From assembly GCA_040752415.1 (NCBI GenBank), contig JBFMGU010000320.1, positions 1 through 11,252 of the forward strand: a DNA stretch of 11,252 bases. The letters are read 5' to 3'. The position numbers and the translations under genes were made by a program. Positions 1 to 6,912 of the stretch are shown one piece after another (within the stretch, counting starts at the first letter, position 1; each line of letters opens with the position of its first letter). The DNA comes from Myxococcota bacterium (GTDB taxonomy: Bacteria > Myxococcota > JACRCW01). The notes under the pieces are model-generated. The model saw only the letters and a program-made list of their open reading frames with translations, ran no database searches and was not told where the DNA came from.

Positions 1-455
1 AAGATGAGTTGCCCATCTGGTCCTGACCGCGTCCAGCGGACCACGACCTGGAGTGCGGCGGGCCCTCGCCGCCCTGGTCAGCGTCGAGCGGTTTGGACAA
101 CCGTCAAGGGTCCACGCGCACGAGGCAGAGCCTCGCCCGACGTCATTGAGCCCCCAGGGCTGTCGGCCCGTTGTGAACGCGCTCGGCGCTGGCCAGGGCG
201 GCGAGGGCCCGCCGCACTCCAGGTCGTGGCCCGCTCACGATGTCTGCAACCCCACTGGGCATCTTGTTCCCACCGAGCCCCTCACGTTGGGCGCCAGGGG
301 CAATGGCCCACCGCGCAATAACAGCGCGCCAGGTGGCGAAACAGCCCATTGACACCCAAATCCACCGTCGTGGAGATTGGGCGCCCCAGGCCCCAGTGAA
401 ATCAGAAGGGCCGGACGTTGCGGCACATGACGTCGCGCGCGTGAGGAGAAGAACC

Positions 456-1538
456 ATGCGGACGCTTTCCGCGGCAATCCTGGTCTTCCTGGCGGCATGC
501 ACCAACAGCACGCAGGAAGGTGAATCGGCCAGCAAGCAACCCTCGACCAACGTGTCCCTGCAGCCGCCCGCCGCGGGACGGGGATTCCAGTACACCACGG
601 GTGAGTTCGAGGTGGCGCCCGGCCTGGACCTGCAGCAGTGCTTCTTCTTCCAGGTGCCCGGCAACGCGGGCGAGGAGATCTTCGTCAACCGGATCGAGGT
701 GGCGCAGAACGAGGGCACCCATCACATGAACATCTTCCGGGTGCGCACCATCACCCCCGGCCCCAATGGCCTGGGACCCGAGGGCGGCCTGGTGCAGCGC
801 TCGGAGAATGGGCTCGGCGCGTGCTTCGATGATTCAAACTGGGCGGACTGGCCGTTGGTCATCAACTCCCAGACGGGCGGCTACATCGAGTGGAACCTGC
901 CCGGTGGCGTGGCCCACAAGTTCACCGGCGGCGAGTGGATCATGCTGCAGTCGCACTACGTCAACGCCGCAACGCAGGAGACGCCGGGCAAGGGAAACGT
1001 CTTCGTGAATTTCCACTTCGTGCCGCGCACGGAGGTCCAGCACGAGGTGGGAACGCTGTTCGCGTCCAAGCAGTCCATCCGCATCTGCCAGCACGACCAG
1101 CGGTCCGTCTACCATGGCACCTGCCAGATTCCGTCGGACCAGCCGGTCCACATCATTGGCGCCAATGGCCACTTCCACAGTCGTGGCACGCGGTTCGAGA
1201 TGTACGCGTGGGACGGCGTGAGTCCCTCGCCACCCGCCGACAGCGAGCGCTTCTACGTGTCCGAGGACTGGAAGGACCCGCCCATGCTGCGGAGCCCCGA
1301 GCTGGACCATGTGGTCCCCGCCGGTGGCGGCATCTGGTACACGTGTGAATACCAGTGGCGGGAACCCACCGACGGAATCACCTGCGACAAGCTCAACGAG
1401 GAAGACACCAAGGAGCTGGGCACTCCGCCGGAGGCCTATGACTGCTGCTACACCTTTGGCGGGCCGGTGGATTGGGCGGAGCACTGCAACGTGTTCGCGT
1501 ACTACTACCCGGCGAGCAACTACGTTCACTGCTACTGA
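456..1538 (+). CDS. Predicted lipoprotein with copper type II ascorbate-dependent monooxygenase (PHM/DBH-like) N- and C-terminal domains, 360 aa
   Basis: ATG at 456 is preceded by GAGGAG (443-448). Signal peptide with lipobox MRTLSAAILVFLAA-C15. Copper-ligand motifs are THHMNIF (H89,H90), LQSHYVN (H167), GHFHSRG (H239,H241) and AEHCNVF (H343 at the EMC position). The ORF-track start at 240 is probably over-extended. Confidence 0.8.
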   Translation: MRTLSAAILVFLAACTNSTQEGESASKQPSTNVSLQPPAAGRGFQYTTGEFEVAPGLDLQQCFFFQVPGNAGEEIFVNRIEVAQNEGTHHMNIFRVRTITPGPNGLGPEGGLVQRSENGLGACFDDSNWADWPLVINSQTGGYIEWNLPGGVAHKFTGGEWIMLQSHYVNAATQETPGKGNVFVNFHFVPRTEVQHEVGTLFASKQSIRICQHDQRSVYHGTCQIPSDQPVHIIGANGHFHSRGTRFEMYAWDGVSPSPPADSERFYVSEDWKDPPMLRSPELDHVVPAGGGIWYTCEYQWREPTDGITCDKLNEEDTKELGTPPEAYDCCYTFGGPVDWAEHCNVFAYYYPASNYVHCY

Positions 1539-1560
1539 GCCAGCGCCCCCCGACGTCACC

Positions 1561-1596
1561 CGCCCATGGCCACCGCCGTGGCGACGGAAACCAGGA
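1561..1596. repeat. 36-bp direct repeat, copy 1 (34/36 identical to 6348-6383)
   Basis: cgcccatggccaccgccgtggcgacggaaaccagga versus cgccaatggccaccgccgtggcgacggaaaacagga; exact 25-bp core 1566-1590 = 6353-6377. Confidence 0.9.
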
Positions 1597-1603
1597 CGGC
1601 CCT

Positions 1604-3559
1604 TCAGCCGGCTCCTGACCCCGGCGTCACGGCCAGCGGCGTGACCGACGCGCGACGATCCTGCTGGAACAAGAGGCCGGTCAGCCGCGCCTCATCCAGG
1701 AACCCCACCACCTCCCCGCCCTTCCCCACCACCAGCAGCTCGCGCACCTGGGAACGCAGGAGGCGCTCGGCGGCCACGCGCACCGTGTCCCCCGGCGTCA
1801 CGGTCACGGCCGGCTGCATCACGTCCGCGGCCACCACCACGTCGGCATGGCCGTGTTGGGAGGCCAGCACCCGCAGGGTATCCGCGGTCACCATCCCGCG
1901 CAGGATGCCCGCGTCGTCGTAGATGGGGAACACGTCCTGCCACAGCGTGTCCCCCATGCGGCCCAACATGTCCTCCGCCGGCGTCGAGAGCCGGAAGGAG
2001 ACCGCGTTCTTGCGGACCGTCATCAACGGTTCAACCGTCAGCGTGTCCAACACGCCAGACGGATGCTCCGGGCCCGCACCGCGCACCGTGCTCAGTTGCT
2101 CGTGGTAGAGGCTGGTCCTGCGCAGCGCGACGAAGACGATCCCCAGGGCCAGCATCAGCGGGACCATGAGGTCGTAGTTGCCCGCCATCTCGCACACCAG
2201 CACCAGCGCGCTGAGCGGCACGTGCGCCACGCCGCCGTAGAACGCTCCCATTCCCACCAGCGCAAAAGCTCCCGCATCAATCCGGGCATCACCGGAGACC
2301 AGCTGCAGGGCGCGACCGAACGCCCCGCCAAAGAGCCCGCCAATGACCAGCGACGGCGCAAAGTCCCCGGCGCTGCCGCCGGAGCCGATGGTGACCGCGG
2401 AGGCGAGGATCTTCCCGGCCACCATCAGGCACAGCAATCCCACCGCGGTCCAGCCCGTCGACAGCCACGGCGCTCCGCTGATGGCCGCCTGCACGGCGCC
2501 GTAGCCGCTCCCCAGGATTCCCAGGCCGCTTCCGGGCTCGTCGACCTGGGGGCCCAGCACCATCAGCAGCGGCGCCATCACCAGGCCCAGGAGCAACGCC
2601 CCCGCGCCGGGCTGGACCCAGGCCGGGAGGCCGGAGCGCGTGCTGGCGCGACGCACGCCCTCCAGCGTCCGCACGAACACGTGAGCCAGGAACGCAATGC
2701 TCACCGCCAGCAGCGCGTAGTACGGGAGGTGCGCGGGGATGAACGCAAAGCGCGGCGCATGGGCAAACAGCGTGGACTCGCCGTAGACCGAGATGACCAC
2801 GGAGTAGGAGACCACGCTGGCGAGAATGGCGGGGACCAGCGCTTCCTGCTCGAACCCGTCGCGGTAGAGCACTTCCACGGCCAGCAGCGCGGCGCCCAGC
2901 GGCGTGCGGAAGACCGCGGAGATTCCCGCCGCCATCCCGGCCACCAGGAGGATGCGACGCTCCCGCGGGGTCACCGCCAGCACGCGCCCCACCGTCGAGC
3001 CGATGGCCGCGCCGATAAGCATGGTGGGCCCCTCCCGTCCGCCCGAGCCTCCCGTCCCCAGCGTCACCAACGACGCCAGCGGCTTGATGGCCAGCACCCT
3101 GGGATGCACCACCCCACCCGCGTGATGGAACGCCGCAATGGCCGCGTCCGCGCCGCCGCCTCGCGTCTCCGGGGCCAGGCGCACCAGGAGCCCGCAGGCC
3201 AGGCCGCCCAGGAGCATCACCACCGGCAGGAGCCACGGGCGGAACACCAGGTCTTCCACCGCCGAGGTGATCTGCTCGCCATGCGCGCGCAGCGGCTTGT
3301 ACCCGACGAGGATCTCCAGGAACACCCGCTGGCCGTACTCCAGCGCCGCGAAGAAGGTCGCCCCGACCACGCCGGCCACCAGCCCCACCACAGCGGCGTG
3401 CATCAGGGTCTTGCCGACGAGACGGAGGTCCACCGGGGCGGAGTCGTCCATGAGCAGCAGCAGGAGCCTCCGGTTCCGTGACCGCCACCACGAGACAAGC
3501 GCCGCCACCGCCGCCAGCGCGCCGCGGTGCCACGTCCCGAGTCGTTCTTCCCATCTCAT
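1604..3559 (-). CDS. CLC-family (EriC-like) chloride channel/transporter with C-terminal CBS domain pair; start uncertain (ATG 3559, ATG 3598 or TTG 3607)
   Basis: Motifs GGSGGREGP (gating Glu), FRTPLGA, GGSAGDFAP and SLY, with many hydrophobic helices. The C-terminus is CBS-like (VEPLMT...VFPIYDDAGILRGMVT...AADVMQPAVTVTPGDTV...LLVVGKGGEVVGFL). Confidence 0.92.
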   Translation of the reverse strand: MRWEERLGTWHRGALAAVAALVSWWRSRNRRLLLLLMDDSAPVDLRLVGKTLMHAAVVGLVAGVVGATFFAALEYGQRVFLEILVGYKPLRAHGEQITSAVEDLVFRPWLLPVVMLLGGLACGLLVRLAPETRGGGADAAIAAFHHAGGVVHPRVLAIKPLASLVTLGTGGSGGREGPTMLIGAAIGSTVGRVLAVTPRERRILLVAGMAAGISAVFRTPLGAALLAVEVLYRDGFEQEALVPAILASVVSYSVVISVYGESTLFAHAPRFAFIPAHLPYYALLAVSIAFLAHVFVRTLEGVRRASTRSGLPAWVQPGAGALLLGLVMAPLLMVLGPQVDEPGSGLGILGSGYGAVQAAISGAPWLSTGWTAVGLLCLMVAGKILASAVTIGSGGSAGDFAPSLVIGGLFGGAFGRALQLVSGDARIDAGAFALVGMGAFYGGVAHVPLSALVLVCEMAGNYDLMVPLMLALGIVFVALRRTSLYHEQLSTVRGAGPEHPSGVLDTLTVEPLMTVRKNAVSFRLSTPAEDMLGRMGDTLWQDVFPIYDDAGILRGMVTADTLRVLASQHGHADVVVAADVMQPAVTVTPGDTVRVAAERLLRSQVRELLVVGKGGEVVGFLDEARLTGLLFQQDRRASVTPLAVTPGSGAG

Positions 3560-3640
3560 CGGCTGAACCGCGTCCGCCCCAGGTCGCCCTGCCGTCATGA
3601 CGTGCAACGCGGGCGGGCTTAGTGACGGTGCCCTGACCTG

Positions 3641-4771
3641 TCAACCAGGACTGACCAGCCGGTCATCCCCGAGGTGGCGACGTGCCCCTGCGTGGTGACG
3701 TCGTGTGGTCCTCCCCGCGCAACCGCTCGGCGTTGGCGGTGGTCTCTCCGCGTATGTCACGCGCGGTGACGTCGGAGATGTTGGCCAGGTGATTGTGGCA
3801 ACCCGGCTTGGCGCGAGCGAGGCCTTCTCTTCGGCGCCCACGTCGGGACCGGGACCAAGCTGCGCCATCGCGCCGACGAAGGCCACGTAGAGCGCCAGCA
3901 GCAGCCATCCCCGACGACGTCCCAACACCCCGGTGGACGGAGGATAGGAGATCACCACCATCAGGGCGCCAAATGCCAACGCCACGCCCATCCGCGCCAA
4001 CGCCACCTCGGGCGGGTGGATGGTGGCCGCCACGCCGACGATGAACAGGTTGTTGAAGATGTTGCTCCCCAGCACCGTGCCCAGCCCCACCTCGTCATGT
4101 CCGCGCCATCGGCTCAGCACGGTGGTGGCCAGCTCCGGCACGGACGTGCCCACCGAGACGATGATGGCGCCAATGACAAAGGGCTCCAGCCCCCACCACA
4201 ACGCGATTCCCGTCGCGCCGCTCACCACCAGGCGCCCCGCCGCAAACAGCAGCACCAGGCCCGCCAGCCCCCGCGCCAGCGCGCGAAGACCGTGACTGCG
4301 CGCCAGCACATCCACCCTCTTGTCGGCGCCACGACGTGCGTCCCGCACCGTGACCCCCAACCACGCACCAAACATGCCCATCATCAGCAGGCCGTCCAGG
4401 CGGGACAGGCGTCCGTCGACGGCGAGGATGGCGGTGAGGACCGGCGCCAGGAGCGCCACGGGGAAATCACGACGCATGGAGCCGGTGGCACAACGGATGG
4501 GCCCCAGCGTCAACGCCAGCCCCAGGATGAGCCCGATGTTGACGACGTTGCTGCCCAGCGAGTCGCCCAGCGCGATGTGCGGCTCTCCGTCCCACGCCGC
4601 GTTGATAGCCACGGAAAGCTCCGGCGCGGACGTGGCGAAGGCCGCAAACGTGGCAGCCACCACGCCGGCGGAGATGCGCAACCAGCGTCCCAGGGCCACG
4701 GTGGCCCCCACAAACAACTCACCTCCGAGCGCCGCGAGGGCGAGACCGGCGAGGAGAAGGAGCACGTCCAT
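3641..4771 (-). CDS. Calcium/sodium:cation antiporter (CaCA superfamily, YrbG-like)
   Basis: Two alpha-repeats: ATSAPEL...GSNVVN and GTSVPEL...GSNIFN. About 10 TM segments. GAGGAG lies upstream on the minus strand (4785-4790), and the start is 17 bp after the nhaP stop. Confidence 0.92.
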   Translation of the reverse strand: MDVLLLLAGLALAALGGELFVGATVALGRWLRISAGVVAATFAAFATSAPELSVAINAAWDGEPHIALGDSLGSNVVNIGLILGLALTLGPIRCATGSMRRDFPVALLAPVLTAILAVDGRLSRLDGLLMMGMFGAWLGVTVRDARRGADKRVDVLARSHGLRALARGLAGLVLLFAAGRLVVSGATGIALWWGLEPFVIGAIIVSVGTSVPELATTVLSRWRGHDEVGLGTVLGSNIFNNLFIVGVAATIHPPEVALARMGVALAFGALMVVISYPPSTGVLGRRRGWLLLALYVAFVGAMAQLGPGPDVGAEEKASLAPSRVATITWPTSPTSPRVTYAERPPPTPSGCAGRTTRRHHAGARRHLGDDRLVSPG

Positions 4772-4788
4772 GCGGACACCCCCGCTCC

Positions 4789-6408
4789 TCAGCCGCCAGC
4801 CGCGCGCGCATCGGGCGGGGCCGGCGCCGGTGCGGAAGCCGTGGGGGCGGGAGCCGGCGCGTCCTCCAGCGAGGTGAGCCGGGCGTCAATGTCGGCCAGC
4901 AGCGAATCCAGCGCTTCGGATCCCACCACGCCCTTCTGGGCGGCCTGCAGCGCGGCGTCGCGCTCCGCCACCAGCACGCGACGACGGGCCGCACGTTCCT
5001 CCTCGTGACGGATCTCCGCGCGCTCCAGGTGCAGGCTCTTGAGCACCGCGTCCGCCTGCTCCACCTGGCGCCGGTATTCCGCCTCCAATCCGTCCAGCAC
5101 CGCGGAGGGCGCGGCATGCTCCCGACGCATCCGCTCCACCTCCTCGAGACCGGCTCCCGCGGCCTTCAGTCGCCCGCGCTCCAGCTCGTAACGCTGCTGC
5201 TCGTCGGAGCGGACACCCACGATCTTCAGGCGGCGCAGCAGGGGCGCCATGGTCAGTCCCTGCAACAGGATGGACAGCAGCACCACGCCAAAGGTCATGT
5301 TCACCAGCAGCACGCGGTGCGGGAAGTCCTGCGGCAGGCCCAGCACCAGCACCATGGACAACGCCCCGCGCAGGCCACTCCACACCACCACCGTCGACCA
5401 CGACCAGGGCACCCGCTCACTGGTGCGCTGCAGCAGCGCCGTCACAACGAACACCACCAGCGCGCGCCCCGCCATCACCGCCACCCACGCAATCACGATG
5501 GGCAGCCACGAGGCGAGGAGCTGGTCGACGTGGATCTCGAAGCCGATGAGCAGGAACACCACCGAGTTCAGCGCAAACGCGAGGTACTCCCAGAACGTCT
5601 CCACGGCCACGCGCGTGGTGGGGCTCATGCCGGTGCGCGCCGCGTAGTTGCCGCACAACATGCCCGCGCCCACCGCCGCCATCACGCCGGAGACGTGGAA
5701 GCGCTCCGCCAACACGAAGGAGCCGTAGGCGGCCACCATGGTGAGCGTCAGCTCGATCATGGCGTCGTCGATGTTGCGGATGATGTGGGAAGCGGCCAGC
5801 CCCACCGCCACGCCCACCAGCGCGCCCAGACCGGCCACGCGGATGAAGTCCACGACGGCGGAGCCGAGCGAGATGCCCCCGCCCGCCATGGCGCCGAGGA
5901 TGATCGTGAACACCACCACGCCGGTGCCGTCGTTGAGCAGGCTCTCTCCTTCCACCATGACCGCGAGCCGCTTGGGAGCGCCAAGGCTCTTGAACAGGCC
6001 CACCACCGCAATCGGGTCGGTGGCGGCGATCAGCGCGGCGAACACCAGGCCGTGCATGAAGGTGAACCCGGTGACGAACGCCAGCGCGTTGGCTGCCGGC
6101 ACCAGGATGGCCGCCGTGGCCAGGATGGCGACGATGAGCCCGGGAATCGCCAGCGCGTGGATGCTGGTCTTCTCCTTCCAGAACTTCGCGGCGTCGAGGT
6201 GGAACGCCGCCTCGAAGATCAACCCGGGCAGGATGACGGCGAAGAGGAGCTCCTTGGTGAGGTGCGGCGGCTCGAAGGCCTTGACCGTGCCCAGCGCCAG
6301 CCCCGCGAGCACCAACGCCACCGTGTAGGGCAGCTTCAGCCACCGCGCGCCAATGGCCACCGCCGTGGCGACGGAAAACAGGATCACGAAGAGGAATTCA
6401 GCGTGCAT
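4789..6408 (-). CDS. Na+/H+ antiporter, CPA1 family (NhaP/NhaG/YjcE-like), 539 aa
   Basis: ATG at 6408 with GGAGGT RBS (6414-6419). Motifs LPGLIFEAA, AATDPIAV, EGESLLNDG, HVSGVMA and GLRGA, followed by a charged cytoplasmic C-tail. The ORF-track extension to 6720 is probably spurious. Confidence 0.95.
   Translation of the reverse strand: MHAEFLFVILFSVATAVAIGARWLKLPYTVALVLAGLALGTVKAFEPPHLTKELLFAVILPGLIFEAAFHLDAAKFWKEKTSIHALAIPGLIVAILATAAILVPAANALAFVTGFTFMHGLVFAALIAATDPIAVVGLFKSLGAPKRLAVMVEGESLLNDGTGVVVFTIILGAMAGGGISLGSAVVDFIRVAGLGALVGVAVGLAASHIIRNIDDAMIELTLTMVAAYGSFVLAERFHVSGVMAAVGAGMLCGNYAARTGMSPTTRVAVETFWEYLAFALNSVVFLLIGFEIHVDQLLASWLPIVIAWVAVMAGRALVVFVVTALLQRTSERVPWSWSTVVVWSGLRGALSMVLVLGLPQDFPHRVLLVNMTFGVVLLSILLQGLTMAPLLRRLKIVGVRSDEQQRYELERGRLKAAGAGLEEVERMRREHAAPSAVLDGLEAEYRRQVEQADAVLKSLHLERAEIRHEEERAARRRVLVAERDAALQAAQKGVVGSEALDSLLADIDARLTSLEDAPAPAPTASAPAPAPPDARAAGG
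6348..6383. repeat. 36-bp direct repeat, copy 2 (inside the 5' end of the CPA1 antiporter gene)
   Basis: Matches 1561-1596 at 34/36 positions and encodes LFSVATAVAIG on the minus strand. Confidence 0.9.
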
Positions 6409-6440
6409 CGTCCACCTCCCGGCACGGGGGCGGGATGACG
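6409..6440 (-). promoter_or_regulatory. Putative RBS-sequestering hairpin of the antiporter operon
   Basis: On the minus strand, CGTC-A-TCCCG (6440-6431) can pair with CGGGA-GGTG-GACG (6421-6409), which covers the GGAGG Shine-Dalgarno immediately before the ATG. Confidence 0.45.
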
Positions 6441-6535
6441 GTGCGCGCGCCCGCGCGGAGTGCGCGGAGCAGGTTGATGAGATGGCGCCGTCCCAAGAAG
6501 GACCCCCAGCGGTCGCCGCCGCAGCGACGAGACCC

Positions 6536-6595
6536 GGGGGCGGCCCGACCCGCCGGGATACCTGCGGCGGCGGAATGGCCACCACACCCTTGGCT
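6536..6595 (-). ncRNA. Putative nhaA-I motif / Li+-I riboswitch aptamer
   Basis: Minus strand reads AAGGGTG-TGGTGGCCATTCCGCCGC-CGCAGG-TATCCCGGCG-GGTCGGGCCGCC-CC. The GGGUG, CAGG and GGUCGGGCCGCC blocks match my recollection of the nhaA-I consensus. GGGUG can pair with CGCCC, and GUGGUGG/CCGCCGC forms an internal hairpin. It lies in the 5' leader of a Na+/H+ antiporter gene. No covariance model was run. Confidence 0.65.
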
Positions 6596-6614
6596 CTGCA
6601 ACGAGAGCGGACGC

Positions 6615-6644
6615 CACGTAACCGGCGCGCCTTGCACGGGTCAA
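6615..6644 (-). promoter_or_regulatory. Possible sigma70-type promoter for the antiporter operon
   Basis: TTGACC (6644-6639), 17-18 nt spacer, then TTACGT/TACGTG (6621-6615). The implied TSS near 6608 lies just upstream of the putative riboswitch. Confidence 0.4.
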
Positions 6645-6912
6645 ATGCGTGCCGTGGCGCTGGCCCGTGCCGCCGCCCGGTGCCGGCCCGCACCACGTCC
6701 GCGCCTCCGCCCCGCACCATGATGGAGGACTCCCCGCAACCGCCTCGCTAGACCCTGGGGCCCACCCGCACTGGGGCGCGCATGCTCGAACGGCCGCGGC
6801 CGCGTGTCTCCGGACCTGCGCTTCACCGCCGCGAATGAGCAGGGCCGGCGGGCTGGCGGAGGGAACGGATTCTGCGTCGCGCCGCGGGTGGCGCAGGAAT
6901 GGGAGGACACGG

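Noticed and set aside
349..384. TTGACA-N18-GAGATT promoter candidate, and the 12-mer GAGATTGGGCGC shared with the 49-bp repeat
   Set aside because: The -10 match is weak, and a 12-bp match is expected by chance among all pairs in 11 kb of GC-rich DNA.
1..455. Short ORFs at 4-321, 53-352 and 143-718, and the N-terminal extension 240-455
   Set aside because: No motifs or RBS support. The lipoprotein signal and RBS place the true start at 456.
6622..6636. Sigma54-like CGGCGCGCCTTGCA
   Set aside because: GG-to-GC spacing is 8 nt rather than the required 10.
6715..6760. Fluoride (crcB) riboswitch-like words GATGGAG...AACCGC...GCT upstream of the ATPase
   Set aside because: The P1 stem and pseudoknot pairing cannot be formed and the GCTRATGAC block is missing. 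The CLC here also lacks CLC-F signatures.
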